Below are positions 39,526-54,516 of a stretch of 64,000 nt of DNA, piece after piece. This DNA comes from Octopus bimaculoides (Eukaryota). The stretch spans positions 11,025,212 through 11,089,211 of the forward strand of contig NC_068985.1 in NCBI RefSeq assembly GCF_001194135.2, read 5' to 3'. Position 1 is the first letter of the stretch; each line of letters opens with the position of its first letter. Both the position numbers and the translations under genes were made by a program. The notes below the pieces were generated by a model, which was not told the origin of the DNA, made no database searches, and saw only the letters and a program-made list of their open reading frames with translations.

Positions 39526-39730
39526 AGTCTGTGTTTGTTCGTCCACCACCATCGCTTGACAATCAATGTTGCTTTGTTTATGTCCCTGTAACTTAGCGGT
39601 TCTGCAAAAGAGAGCGATAGACTAAGTACTAGTTTTACAAAGACTAAATCCATGGGTCAATTTGTTCGACTAAGGGCGGTGCTCCAGCATGGTCGCAGTT
39701 AAATGACTGAAATAAGTAAAAGAATGAAAA
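39297..39730 (+). mobile_element. SINE family B, full length
   Basis: Same head, body and tail as the other B copies, with a gap in the internal microsatellite. Confidence 0.9.
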
Positions 39731-40517
39731 AATAAAATGAATGTTTGTCATGACAAGTGTATTAGATTTCGATAATTTTAAAATGCATATAAGGTCTATA
39801 TATTATCATATCCATCTTCACAATTATACCATCCCACGCTCTCTCAAATATATAATTACTAATATTCATACAAACAAAAAAAAGAAAAAAAAGAAAGGGG
39901 AAAAAAAGGGAAAAAGGGAGGCTGCACGTATAACACATGACTTAGAAGCAGCGCTACGGATGTGCCAGCACATCCGAGATTGACATGGCCGACCTCATGC
40001 CCTTATCTTGAGGAATTCCGGGAGGAGCTTCGTGAGACCACTGCTGAGACCCTTCCGAAAAAAAAAAACAAAGAAAGGCCGTTGGATTACCGATTATAGC
40101 AGCGATTCCATCAATTCCTAGGGATATTTGAAAAAGGAAATTTATTCCGAAATATCATATCAGACTCTGGATGATTAAATTACATCAGTTATTATAGTCC
40201 ATTGTTTGTATTATGGCACATTGTTGTGTCATTCGATATATTCTATTCCATACATTGTTAATTTCACAATTTCACATAACAGCATTTCCCCCTGATGGTA
40301 TTTAAAATTCATTGTAATCCTATTAAATAAATAATTACTTATTAGGTTCTCACTGAAATACTATTTACGCTAATCTGCATCTTAATTGTTCCAGAGATAA
40401 TTTGTTAGACAGCCGTAAAAAGATAATATATTCTGCCACAGTTCAAGTTCAATTAATTGAATTTTTCTTTCCAAGTGTTCAAGGCACATCTCATTTCCAA
40501 CAGAATAATTGCCAAAT

Positions 40518-40757
40518 AGGCGAAGGAGTAGCTGTGTGGTAAATAGCATGCTTATCAACCACCAGGTTTCGGGTTCATTCCCACTGCATGGCACCTTGGA
40601 CAAGTCTCTTCTACTATAGCCTGGGGACCGACCAAAGCCTTGTGAGTGGATTTGGTAGACGGAAATTGAAAGAAGACTGTCGTATATATATATATATATN
40701 NNNNNNNNNNNNNNNNNNNNNNNNNNNNNNNNNNNNNNNNNNNNNNNNNNNNNNNNN

Positions 40758-40790
<33 letters not shown>

Positions 40791-41003
40791 TTGTGTGTTT
40801 GCGTTTGTCCCCCCAACGTCTCTTGACAACCGATGGTGGAGTGTTTGCGTCTCCGTAGCTTAGCGGTTCGGCAAAACAGCCGGATAGAATAAGTACTAGG
40901 CTTACAAAGAATAAGTCCTGGGGTTGATTTGCTCGACTAAAGACGGTAATCCAGCATGGCCGCAGTCAAATGACTGAAACAAGTAAAAGGGTAAAAGAGT
41001 AAA
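40518..41003 (+). mobile_element. SINE family B, full length
   Basis: Same head, body and tail as the other B copies, with a gap in the internal microsatellite. Confidence 0.9.
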
Positions 41004-41538
41004 GTGTTCAAATTATCAATTACGCTGTGGGTGAGAGAAAACAGGCCGAAACATAGAGAAGTCGAAATTCCTGTTGTTTTACAGGAACTCATCTCATTTA
41101 TCAACTTAACGACCATTATCGCTCGTACTCTTAAGTGGTCTCTCAAATTCCTCTATATCAAATTCCTCTATATCAAATTCCTCTGACAGACGAAGAAAAA
41201 TTGAAAGATGATGCATAATGATGAATGGAAAACAAAATCTAACGTGTAAAAACCTAAGATTAGTAACACCCAAAACGCTTTAGGCTGATCGGTTAAATAT
41301 TAAAGCTTACATATACAGATTGCAGATTATATCATGTAAAGAACTTGACAAAAATTGCCAACTAAAGATACATTTGTCTCAATTTGTCGTTATTCAGAAA
41401 AGAATTGAAACGATTTACGTTACCTATCGAGATATGGTGAAAATATCCATACGCTATTTGTCTTACCGCAAGTTATGTACTTCTCACGAGGATATGAAAA
41501 GTAGATTTAAATGATGACGAGTTGTTTCAACACAATGA

Positions 41539-41540
<2 letters not shown>

Positions 41541-41607
<67 letters not shown>

Positions 41608-41660
41608 CCTACCTACCTACCTACCTACCAAGCTACCTACCTACCAAGCTACCTACCTAC
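41541..41660. repeat. (TATC)n grading into (TACC)n
   Basis: Read directly from the sequence. Confidence 0.95.
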
Positions 41661-42634
41661 ATAAATAAATACATAAGTTTATAGTTTAAGTATATACGAA
41701 CATTCTAGATGTACAATTATATGCATGAGAAGACATATATAAAGCAGAACGTACATAACTGCATATATATATATATATATACATGCATACAAAAATACCC
41801 TGTTGTTGATGTTAAAATTTCCACTTGTATCTAGGTTAGAAACTGGCTCTTTCTCTATTAGCAAGAAATCTTGAAACAGAAATGAATAATGTCATACATA
41901 CATAGTAATATTAATACCAAAAGGAAGCAGTTATATCCAACTTAATATGGATTCACTGTTAAAAATTGCTTTTTAGTATTAATACTGCTGCTGTCGCTAA
42001 TAATAAATTACTAATAAGCTTCTGGTTATCTGCGATATCAGTGTTTGAGCGGTCACTGAAATTCTTCGTATCGCTGGCTTTGAGATTTGACTGGTATGCG
42101 GACCTCTTGTAAGTAGAGACTTGCATGGAGATAATCTTTACTGTGGGACGAGATCATACAGCTTTACTAAGAACTTTACTCATCCTTACAACATCAGCAA
42201 TGAAAATAGACAATATTTTGTTGACGTCATAAGAACTTATAAACCTAGGAGAAAAAAACTAATTTGAAAATTAGCAGGTGTTTTGTATTCCGTAATATTA
42301 TAGGTAACTAAAGAGTTGACCTGACTAAGGGAAAAAAAAAAAGCATTGTTCGACACCTATTAATAGATGTTACAGTCTTCTATAGTCTCAAGTTGCTACT
42401 TACCCTATCCAATATATTTCGACTTGTTTTCGAACCCACACTGTAAAATTCTATAAATAATTGCTAAAGGATAATTATGGTACGCTGCCAATGTTGCCAT
42501 TCTGCCATGTTGCTATATGTCATTTACAGTTTCCAATTAACTGCTTCATTGTATTTAGATATCTCGCACAATGAATTATTCACACTCGTTTATCAGACCG
42601 TTGTGGATAGAAAATGAATAATTAGCTTGTGAGT

Positions 42635-42665
<31 letters not shown>

Positions 42666-43935
42666 GTTAAATTGGTTCAGACGTCTGTGTTAAAATATAA
42701 TACACCTAGAAAGAAACAAGTGAAAAATATTTCATCCCGTTTAGAATTGAATTCTATAAACCGAGAATAAGTAGGGATGTTTGTTTCGGCGCCGGCAAAT
42801 TAATAATACAAGAAATATATATTTATATTTTATTATGCTTCGAAGTAAATCATTACAAATTAATGTCGAAAATTAGGAAAGTGCTTTGTAAATGTTGCAA
42901 ATAAGTGCGTAAATAAATACAATTTTATATATTGCTATCTTTTAATATCATATAACTGAAATATTTGTCACGAAGTTATTTTGGCAGTGTCTTTGTTTCA
43001 GAAATAAAAAAATATCGCATTTGATTTGCTTCTTCCTCGGTATTTCCTAATTAAAATTATGGGAAGAGTTTTTAAACACTTCACTAAAGTATACTACATT
43101 ATACGATAATATTGTAACATGCAGGAAAATTGCTATACTTATGTTTGGTTTAATTCTGAAGTGTCTGTGTCATTTTCAGAGGCAAAACGAAACAAGATAA
43201 CAGAGATAGTGGTTTTATTAACGGCATATAACATCAATCAAAATATCAATATTTCACAACTAGCATATACCTGATGGTAGAGTACAGAATGTTCAAACTA
43301 TTTACTTCCTTCTGTCAGTGCATGTGGTTCATTGAATTTAGAACTTTCTCAGTATTTTGCTTATTATTTTCGACGGGAAAAAGTGAGATCTCTATTGATA
43401 CGCGTAAATATTTAGCATGAAATAACACACGTCTTCATTGATAATCTGATCACTCTCTTAAAAGAATATATTTGACTCAAACATTGTGTCACTTTTTAAT
43501 AAAATTCTTATTACCTGCTTTTATCTAAATCTCTTTTAATAAAAGTAATTTATTGAATTTCCCTGAGTCTCAAAATTGCTAAAAACCTCCATGATAACAT
43601 TCAAAATAATACATCTTGATGCTACTTGTGTCATACATTATTTGATAAAAAGGTTTCATCTCCTTTCCTGTCTCATCTTAAAGAATGAAGAGCCATAAAA
43701 TAATATAAACGAACACGTTCGAATTATTATGAGTCGATTTTACATGCTATAATAACATGCATGTGATTCGTGCATGTAGGCTAATATGAGAAAGATGGGT
43801 TCTTTCCTTTTATTTCTCCAGAACTGAATGTCTTTACTAGGGCAGGATATATCAAGAAAGAACAATACCCCAAGACATGGAAAATAGTGGCAGACAAGTT
43901 TTTGCCAAAGTTGCAAAACATTTATTCTGCTGTTT

Positions 43936-44141
43936 CTTTTACTCCTTTACATGTTTCAGTCATTTGACTGCGGCCATAGTGGAGCACTGCCATTAGTCGA
44001 GCAAATCGATCCCAGGTCTTATTCTTTGTAAGCCTAATAGTTATTCTATCGGTCACTTTTGCTGAACCGCTAAGTTACGGGGACGTAAACACTCCAACAT
44101 CAGTTGACAAGCGATGGTGGGGAGCAAACACAGATGCACAA

Positions 44142-44173
<32 letters not shown>

Positions 44174-44370
44174 ACACACACACACATATATGCATATATA
44201 TACGATGTGCTTCTTTCAGTTTCCGTCTACGAAATCCACTCACAAGGCTTTGGTCTGCTCGAGGAGGCCATAGTAGAAAACCCTTGTCCAATGTTACCAT
44301 GCAGTGGGACTGAACCCGGAACCAAGTAGTTGAGAAGCAAGCTTCTTACCACACAGCCACGCCTGCGCCT
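43936..44370 (-). mobile_element. SINE family B, full length
   Basis: Reverse complement of family B with an internal (CA)n. Confidence 0.9.
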
Positions 44371-45278
44371 ACGCATACAGTATGTAATATTATATCCGCC
44401 TGCTGGCCTATAATACTGAAACATGTTTCTTTTACATTCTAATACAACATAATTTGAATGTCGGCTTTGAAATTGTGACTTAGTGATTTCCGAAAATAAA
44501 TACTTCACCATATGATTTTCCACAATTACAAACCATGTCCCTGAAAAACATCACCTACGTAGTAGAGATCACCTACGTAGTAGAGGATATTCACCTAACA
44601 GAATTCCAGCCTATCTGGTGTCATATAAAACACTTCAATTAAATGAGGATGCCGTATGAATTTTAAACCTAAGTGAATGGAGAATGTCCATATGAAAAAG
44701 GAAAATAACATGGAAATTAATGAAATTATTTTAAACCATTTTATTCATGATGATATGAAAATTTATCTCCTGCCATAAAATTAGACCTTAATGTATGCAC
44801 AGAATGACACAACATAAAAGACATGTATTTCTCTATAATAATCTCGTTTTAGATAATTTTGGAACGAAAATGTTCCTGGCGTAGTAAAGTTCAAAGGGAT
44901 GCTTATTGACTCTAGCATAAGGAACTCCGTATTCGAATGTCCATATTTGTATTATATGTTCTTTATTCATTTCCTACATACATAATATACATATACACAC
45001 ACATAGGTAGATACATGCATAAATATATATATATATATACGTACGTACGAACATACATACATACGAGCATACATACATCGTGCATGCATACATACATACA
45101 GGTATGCATACATGTATATATGTGTAAAATCAAAAATTGATTTTTTTATTACCCACAAGGGGCAAATTAACAAAGCAAAAATATGAATGTATGTATGCAT
45201 CCTTATATATATGTATGTATACATACATACATATATATATATATATGTATACTTAAATAAAGAAGCATATATCTTCTA

Positions 45279-45332
<54 letters not shown>

Positions 45333-45362
45333 CCTATCTATCTTTCTGTCTGTCTGTCTGCC

Positions 45363-45438
<76 letters not shown>
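45279..45438. repeat. (TATC)n microsatellite
   Basis: Read directly from the sequence. Confidence 0.95.
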
Positions 45439-45768
45439 CATCGATGCACAGAACTTTGAAAACATACTGTGCTTGATCTCTGTTGGAAGTGTTATGAAAC
45501 ACAGACAGTTTTGTTTCCTCAAACTTATACTCTTATAGTCTTATAGTCTTATAGTTTCGTCAACAACATTTAGTTATTCCGGATACCAGAGATATTTTTT
45601 AATGATAATTACAATAAATAAAATATGTGTGCTAAGAGAAAATTGAACAAGAGTAAAACAATAACGAGAGCAAAAGAATGACATCAGAGGGGTTATATTG
45701 AGCTTGGTAACCACGAATAATTTTGTATATATACGCATAAGTGTGTGTGTATGTGTGTGTGTGTGTGT

Positions 45769-45799
<31 letters not shown>

Positions 45800-46004
45800 C
45801 TTGCATGTGTGGGTGCCTGTGTGTAACACTAATATTTGGTAAAGTGAGAGAAGCAGATATAATGAGTGAGCGTGATGTGTGTAAGGTATGATACATGAAC
45901 AGAGATTGAATAAATATTTATAGAAATAGGGCAGAAAACGAGACAAATATATGAAGAATATATTAGACAGCGGATGGTTATTGTATATAAGTAAGAATTC
46001 TTTT

Positions 46005-46205
46005 ACTGTTAGCACAAGGCCTGAAATGTTGTGGGAGGAAACTATTTGATTACATCGATCCCCAATGCTTGATTGATAGCCATTTCATCGACCCCGAAAG
46101 GATGAAAGGCAAATCAATTCCGGCGGAATTTGAACTCAGGTTGTAAAACGGTGATAATGCTACTAAGCATTTTTCTGTCGCGGTAACGATTCTGTTAGCT
46201 CGCCA
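46005..46205 (-). mobile_element. SINE family A
   Basis: CGACCCCGAAAGGATGAAAGGCAAA..GGCGGAATTTGAACTCAG, the head GCTCGCC, and an A2-like tail GCACAAGGCCTGAAAT. Confidence 0.85.
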
Positions 46206-48025
46206 CGATACGAATATCTGATTAATGATTATTTTATTCCTGGTTGTACGAAAGAAATTATCGAGTAGACAATTGAATGTATTGCTGTATTGGACTATGT
46301 TAATTCTCATATTGAATTTACATCTCACCGGAAGTAAATTGCTTTTCATCAATCCTCATGAATTTTTGTCGAATCTTTCTAAAGTTATACATCTCTCTAT
46401 ATAACCAATAGACTTCTTTATTTTCATTCGTTTATAGTACCAATGTGTTTTATGTACCAACATTGAATAATGAAATTATGCTTTGTATGGAACTACGGTT
46501 ATTGTGTAAGGTAGATAATACGCTTAATAATTAACAAAGAAAACATTTTAATGGAAATATAATAATAACATATTTAATACATTGGAAATATTGAATCTCA
46601 TTGTTACTCTATAACAATAGTGAAGGTTCTATATTAACATGTCGGCATCATATTTGAAATAATCCCATCAAGGATAAATGAGAATTCAAAATCGTGTAAG
46701 TACTAAACAAATACACATTGAAACTATATGTGAAAAATTATTTTTGAAAGCACTATTGAAATATGAAGCTCATATTTAAGTGGAATGGGTTATATTATAA
46801 AATGTGAATTGAACATGCTTCTGTTGAAAAATATCGATGGAAAGTAAAATACATGTGGCGTTGAGAAATATATTTCAAATCATTCTGTTATTGTAACATA
46901 TTTTAGGTAATATTTTCCCTGGAAAACTAATCTTTTAGAAATATTGAGTATTTAATAATATCAATGTCCTTAAAAATTTATTTTCAGATGTATCAGATTT
47001 ATATGTACGCAGATGGTTTTTTCCCCCGTTTTTATTACTATTTAATGAACAACTGACGAATTCAATGCAACGGATACGTTATACACACTCAATGGTAAAT
47101 ACTTAACTGTGCTGTATTCTGGTCCTCTGCTTATAAACATTTCAGAAAACAAGTTATTGAATTATAAGAGTGCATTGTAAAATCATATGTGTGTAAGATA
47201 TTAAATAAGTTTTCAGTACGAGTTTGTGTATGCGTTCTCAATTAGTTTATATATTAGTCATTATTCCGTCATTCTAATCAGAATATTATATGACAAGTTA
47301 GTTAAGAAATGCCGTTATCATGAGATTTGCTGAAATACAACTGTCACTTTCAATTCAAACTTTCTAATTCTTTGGAGACAATAATAATATTGATATCTCT
47401 CTAGACTATCGCAGTAACCACGTGTCAACATTAATATTAATGATAATATGTAAGAAATAAAAATTTAATACTGATGATAATTTCTGACTTTGAGACACAA
47501 GACCATAATTTTGAGGATAGGACGTAGTAGTTCAATTGTGGATAACAAAGTGTATAAGGATGATGTTGGTTGTTTTCTAATTCACTGACCGCAGTAAGAT
47601 CAAATTACGATTGGATGGAATGCGATTTGAACATTGGACGTAAACTAATAGTAATAATTGTCACATTGTGTTGTGGGCTTCGTTCATCTTTCTATATCAG
47701 GTTTTAAAATATACAGTTATAAAAGGAAATTTACATATATCCATTTTTCATAAGTCAAAGCATCACAGAGAAGACGAAGGATCACAATACCATCACTGTG
47801 GTCACCAACGTCTAGTATCCTTCTGTTCACGTCCTCCAGGAGCATGTACAGAATAGGTCCATGGTATACTACTCTCAGCTACCTGTCAATAAATGTACAG
47901 TGGGGGAATACATCTAAATCTAACATCACCAAGTGAAACATCAAAATGTCGATGAGGAAGGCCGAGATAGAATATATATATACATACGTACATACATACA
48001 TACACACACTCACTCACACACACAG

Positions 48026-48073
<48 letters not shown>

Positions 48074-48075
<2 letters not shown>

Positions 48076-48362
48076 GATTTAGAGAAAAGAACCACAATAC
48101 CTGAACTCATCCATTAAAATCCACAGTCACATATAGAAAAATTTAATAAGTAAATACACTAAAAAGAAATATAATAAAATAGGAAGTAATAATTATCAAA
48201 ATAATTATCAAAATAATTATCAAAATAATAATTATTAAAATAATGATTTTTAAAATAATAATTAAAATAAGTCAAACCAAGTGTATTTACTTATTAAATT
48301 TTTCTATGTGACTGGATTTTCATGGATGAGTTCAGGAATTGTGGTTCTTTTCTCTAAATTAT
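48074..48362. mobile_element. ~290-bp foldback element inserted in (TA)n
   Basis: 48074-48160 is the reverse complement of 48280-48362 (~85 bp, few differences). The AT-rich loop has tandem ATAATTATCAAA units, and TA repeats lie on both flanks. Confidence 0.8.
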
Positions 48363-49965
48363 ATATTTATATATCATATACCGTGAAAGTTAATTTAATT
48401 TTAATTTTGATAAATGAAATTCATTTTTTTTACCTGTAAATATGGATTTTTATCCCTAATATTATTATCATAATTATATATATATATATATATAGCTTCT
48501 GTTCCTTTTAGTTTCGTCTGTCACAACGTCATTCGTGATAGCTAGCATGTAAAGAGAGAGATTGTCCCTGTTGTTTTCAACAAAAGGAAGGAAGTCAGCA
48601 GCCTGCTCTTCACGGTGAATTCAGCTGAATCCGTCCTCCCCGCAATAATACCTGTTCATCAACCCAAGAAGTCAGAAATGCTCGGATACGTAAATAATGC
48701 ATGCGAAACTTCCGTCGCTCTACAGTGTGTAGAACCGCTTCGGCTGATGTCATTCGTGCCTATAAGTATTTTATTTAACTGGTAATGTCATATTACTGGT
48801 GGCAATGCTTCATTATTTCCAGCAATTTCTCGAAGTTATCCATTGTTCCTGAGCCAAATCTTCTAAAGCAGTCCACCCAATATATTTTCATCGTCAAAAC
48901 TTTTCCCAACAACTTCATTGCAAATCCATTCCGCTAACTTCAAGGATAAAAAGCCCACGAGAAAGTTCCACCAACTACATTGCCCGACGACTGGGTAATG
49001 TCTTACTTCATCACCCCACTCTGGATTGATGACGAGCGCACTCTATAATATATTTTCCTATATCACTCTCTCTTTTTAAAAAAGCTATTTATTCTGATCT
49101 GATTATCGTCTTTAACACGTCCCACCAATATGTAGTGACGATAATCTCCATCAACTATCACTCATAATAATTCAATCACATGACCATTGTTACATTTCTG
49201 CGCCTACGATGACTCGTTCAACTTGTCATGCCTATTGCGTCCCTTTATGACTACTGAGCTTTTAACAGTTTTGTAATCTTGAACTGTGTATATACAGCGG
49301 ATAGGGATGGTCAACCATCGCTATCACCTGGTGAACAAACACTCTCTTTTAATACGATCTGGGCGGTCCTCTCTACTTAATCCATGTACGCATGCCTATA
49401 ATCACCGTTAATAACAACAACAATAGTAATAACAACAAAGAACAAGAGCCACGACAACGATTATAAAAACAAGAGCAATATGAACAACAACAGCAACAAC
49501 AACAATAAAAACAATAACAACTGCAATGAATATAACTTAAAACACAACATCTAATGAAAGGAAATTTAAAAGATAGGGAAATGGAAGGCTTCTAAATTGC
49601 AACAAATGCACATGTTCAGGAAAAGTGTTGTATTAAATGAAACCCTGTTGTATATATGGCTTTTGAATATTTAATAGAATACAATTAATGGTTATTGTAA
49701 ATCAATCCGTGTTTAAATTCTTAATATAATGAAATATACTTAATTTTAACCTGTAATTCAAGTATTGCTGTCATATTTACATGTAACGATAAACAAATCA
49801 ACAATACATTATTCTAAATGATGTGAAAAATAGTAGTAACTATACATACACGTCAAGTATGTAATGGATGAAAATGTTATAAATATATATAACTATATGA
49901 CTGTATGTATGTATGTATGTATGTATGTATGTATGTATGCATGCATGCATATATGTATGTATATA

Positions 49966-50029
<64 letters not shown>

Positions 50030-50359
50030 TGTGTGTGTATGTGTGTGTGTATGTGTGTGTGTGTATTTATGTATGTATGTATTATCAGAAAATGGAGTAA
50101 ACTTTGATCAGCAAACTAACAATTTGAACCACATCGGTTGATTATTTTTCAATGCGAAACATGTCATAACATTTCTTACGGTTGTTTCCGCTTCCTATGT
50201 TAGTCGGTGCTACCGAAAGGAATTCCGAAAATAATATTCGTCATCCTCATAGCACATTCGATTTAGTAGATGGAGCTTCATCAGAGTGAATACAAATGCG
50301 TAAAATAAAATGAAAGAATGGAAGAGAAGACTCTTTTACCTATCGACTACTACTACTAC

Positions 50360-50405
<46 letters not shown>

Positions 50406-51629
50406 NNNNNNNNNNNNNNNNNNNNNNNNNNNNNNNNNNNNNNNNNNNNNNNNNNNNNNNNNNNNNNNNNNNNNNNNNNNNNNNNNNNNNNNNNNNNNNN
50501 NNNNNNNNNNNNNNNNNNNNNNNNNNNNNNNNNNNNNNNNNNNNNNNNNNNNNNNNNNNNNNNNNNNNNNNNNNNNNNNNNNNNNNNNNNNNNNNNNNNN
50601 NNNNNNNNNNNNNNNNNNNNNNNNNNNNNNNNNNNNNNNNNNNNNNNNNNNNNNNNNNNNNNNNNNNNNNNNNNNNNNNNNNNNNNNNNNNNNNNNNNNN
50701 NNNNNNNNNNNNNNNNNNNNNNNNNNNNNNNNNNNNNNNNNNNNNNNNNNNNNTATATATATGCATGTACGCATTTAGGTAGGTAGGTATATAGATTTCC
50801 TTCGCTAACTCGGTTTAACCGGAAGGAGTTTAGAAACAAGTTTTTATAGAAGACATTACGATCAGGCGATTCCTGTACACGAAAATGTAACAACAAAGAG
50901 CAGAGCATACATAGACTGACATGCCTTTAATGGAGTGTAAAATTATTAGGCAGCAATTGAAGGTGTTGCATTGTGGGCGGGAAGGAATTGTATGGACATT
51001 TCCAAATGACTTGTGTTTACATTACAAATAGTAAATATGTAACGATTATTGGACTTCGTTCAATAATTTCTGCTTTTATTTCTAAGACAATTTATTACAC
51101 CTACAAGTATACATACGAAGACGCGTGCATTCATACATAGATTCATGCGTATATTCATGTCTACATACTAACGCTTAGAAATAAAGTCTGATCAATGAAC
51201 ACCGTGGATACAAAGGCTTTACACTTGTTAAGGCTGAACAGACGATAAAACAATGGAAGTAATGTTATCAGATGAGATTATAGCTTTTATTTAGCTCCTA
51301 ACTCCTACGCTTGTATATATCAATTGAGTTGGATAAATAAAAATCCTGCACGTGTATGAATATATGTGATAATCGTAAGTACGTATATGGCTAGACACGC
51401 ATTTCGCATACATACATAGGTAAATAGATGTGGGTATATGCGAAAGTGGATAATGTATATAGATGCATACACACAAACGCACACGTATACAGAAACTAAA
51501 CAAATGTAAATTATATATATAATAATATATATGCATATGAATAGATGTATGTATAGATATATGTGTATGTTTACGTAAATATTTACTTAAATATATAAAT
51601 AGATGAGGAAACAGAAGCCTGGGTAGACT

Positions 51630-51659
51630 GACAGATAGATAGATAGATAGATAGATAGT

Positions 51660-51695
<36 letters not shown>
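51630..51695. repeat. (GATA)n microsatellite
   Basis: Read directly from the sequence. Confidence 0.95.
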
Positions 51696-53195
51696 GAACA
51701 AGAGAGAGAGAAATACAAACATATACACATGCGTCAGACAAGGGAGAAAGGGAATAAAAGATAGAGATACAGTGTGAGATGGAGTGGATTCTGGAATCGT
51801 GTAAAATTTGTAGCGATTCGCCAATGGCCTTTTATGTTAGAACGTAGAGATTTAATTCAATATCGCGCATATATTAATATAGTTGAACATTTCGCTTTTA
51901 TGAATGGATCAAAATAATAATTCAATCGTTTCAGTTGATATTGCAAATGGAGCAACAGTTTTAGGTAATTATTTGAATAGGATGTAGTGAATGTTGAAAG
52001 AGCGTCTCTCCATTTACAAAACCAGACATCAAACGTGAACGGCGTATATGCAGTGACTAAAAGGCCATAGTGTGATACGGATGGGTTCATGTTGAAATGG
52101 TTTTGACATTTTTTTTCTTCTCATTAACAATGAAAGAGAAAACTGAAAATGAATGGAATAGTTTGATTAATTAATATTGAATGTGATATGATGTGAACAA
52201 AGCAATATGGAAATAACTTGAATACATATTTACACGTCCCTTCGTTTACATGTATTTTAAAAATAAATCAGGAACGTGCACATGTATATGCATATGTGTG
52301 TATGTTAATTTATTGAGCACCCAGGCTAAAATAGCATATTTTTAGAGATATATAATGCGTACGTTTCAATATATACATTCCAGTATACGTACATGTATGT
52401 TGCTACATACACCCTAATATATATATATATATATATATANNNNNNNNNNNNNNNNNNNNNNNNNNNNNNNNNNNNNNNNNNNNNNNNNNNNNNNNNNNNN
52501 NNNNNNNNNNNNNNNNNNNNNNNNNNNNNNNNNNNNNNNNNNNNNNNNNNNNNNNNNNNNNNNNNNNNNNNNNNNNNNNNNNNNNNNNNNNNNNNNNNNN
52601 NNNNNNNNNNNNNNNNNNNNNNNNNNNNNNNNNNNNNNNNNNNNNNNNNNNNNNNNNNNNNNNNNNNNNNNNNNNNNNNNNNNNNNNNNNNNNNNNNNNN
52701 NNNNNNNNNNNNNNNNNNNNNNNNNNNNNNNNNNNNNNNNNNNNNNNNNNNNNNNNNNNNNNNNNNNNNNNNNNNNNNNNNNNNNNNNNNNNNNNNNNNN
52801 NNNNNNNNNNNNNNNNNNNNNNNNNNNNNNNNNNNNNNNNNNNNNNNNNNNNNNNNNNNNNNNNNNNNNNNNNNNNNNNNNNNNNNNNNNNNNNNNNNNN
52901 NNNNNNNNNNNNNNNNNNNNNNNNNNNNNNNNNNNNNNNNNNNNNNNNNNNNNNNNNNNNNNNNNNNNNNNNNNNNNNNNNNNNNNNNNNNNNNNNNNNN
53001 NNNNNNNNNNNNNNNNNNNNNNNNNNNNNNNNNNNNNNNNNNNNNNNNNNNNNNNNNNNNNNNNNNNNNNNNNNNNNNNNNNNNNNNNNNNNNNNNNNNN
53101 NNNNNNNNNNNNNNNNNNNNNNNNNNNNNNNNNNNNNNNNNNNNNNNNNNNNNNNNNNNNNNNNNNNNNNNNNNNNNNNNNNNNNNNNNNNNNNN

Positions 53196-53276
<81 letters not shown>

Positions 53277-54056
53277 AGTGTATGTAATATATATATATAT
53301 ATTTATTCACTCACACTCACTCACACACACACACTCACACACACTCACACAGATATATATATATAAAATCAGTGTACATTTAAACACAAAAGAGGCGACT
53401 CGTAACAGGCAGCCTTGTATGCTTATATTTCTACCTTTTTGTTAATATATCCCACTTAATAACACCCTGAATAACCATAAAGTTTATCTCAGTACAATAT
53501 AACAACATTGTTTTAAAACTTTTAACTATAGAACTACATGATAAGACTTCCCTTCTTTCACTATTAATGGTCTGCTAGTGGATGACCCCCTTAGTTGTCA
53601 GCCAACATCTTGTTTTAAGTTTTCCTTTAATAACCTCATGATTTTTATGACGATACCAAATATGATTTCTGTCTGCGCTCTCAGCCCTAACCCTAACAGA
53701 TAATGCACTTTATTCTCTCAGCCTTAGATATAGAAGGTTTTATAAACTAGTCGGTAAATTAAAACCGACCCCATAAAAACAAATAAAATCAGTGACATGC
53801 AGAGTCTTCTTGACAATTGATTTATTAACTTCTATGTTTTAGTAGAAGCAACATGTTCTTTGTCAATCTCCTTAACTTTTTGGTGATTTTGTGTATAATT
53901 AAACTAATGTGTCCATCTATTTTAATTTGATTAAATTCTATGTCTTTGTGCAGCTGAGGATTGCTCTGCATTTTAAATTGATGTAATGATTGCTTTGTTA
54001 AATTGAATGAAACGATCGTACTGCATTACCTCTCGATATCCTTGTTGCTTATTTTG

Positions 54057-54091
<35 letters not shown>

Positions 54092-54179
54092 CAGTTCTAT
54101 ATTTAAGAGATGAGGAATTATGTACATTATTTACATTATTTATATTTGAAGGATATTTGTCCTCATCTTGTTTGTTGTT

Positions 54180-54225
54180 AACACAACGTTTCGGCTGAAA
54201 TACCCTCCACCCTTCATCAGGTATC
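54180..54225 (-). ncRNA. Minimal type I hammerhead ribozyme (one stem II mismatch)
   Basis: The reverse complement reads GATAC-CTGATGA-A-GGGTG-GAGGGTATTT-CAGCC-GAAACGTT-GTGTT. Confidence 0.6.
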
Positions 54226-54340
54226 TTGAAGAAATTTCGAACCTGGGTTTTCATTCCTTAGGAACGAGAACCCATATGGCGTAGTGGATAAGAGCGCGGG
54301 CTACTAACCCCAAGATTCCGAGTTCAATTCCAGGCAGTGA

Positions 54341-54418
<78 letters not shown>

Positions 54419-54470
54419 TAACATCGAAAACTACTTTAGGAATGACAACCCAGGTTCGAAAGTTTCCCAA

Positions 54471-54516
54471 GACACCTGATGAAGGCTGGAGGGTATGTCA
54501 GCCGAAACGTTGTGTT
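54471..54516 (+). ncRNA. Minimal type I hammerhead ribozyme (intact core)
   Basis: Stem I GACAC (54471-75)/GTGTT (54512-16); core CTGATGA (54476-82) plus one extra A; stem II GGCTG (54484-88)/CAGCC (54499-503); GAAA (54504-07). A palindromic ACGT replaces stem III. Predicted cleavage is 3' of U54511. Activity is untested. Confidence 0.75.

Noticed and set aside
39960-40060. GC-rich patch with hairpin GGATGTG-CCAG-CACATCC, considered as an HDV-like ribozyme
   Set aside because: I could not fit the nested double pseudoknot, and there is no second copy in the window.
47750-47900. Minus frame HGPILYMLLEDVNRRILDVGDHSD with a methyltransferase-like RILDVG
   Set aside because: The glycine-rich continuation is absent and the splice context is weak.
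48760-48960. Possible mariner C-terminal remnant (GKSFDDE) on the minus strand
   Set aside because: It is too degenerate, and no TIRs were found.
54272-54340. Possible tRNA gene with anticodon loop CTACTAA
   Set aside because: It has no proper acceptor stem and is always followed by (AAT)n and the same tail, so it is a retroposon head. The same applies to the heads of SINE A, B and C.
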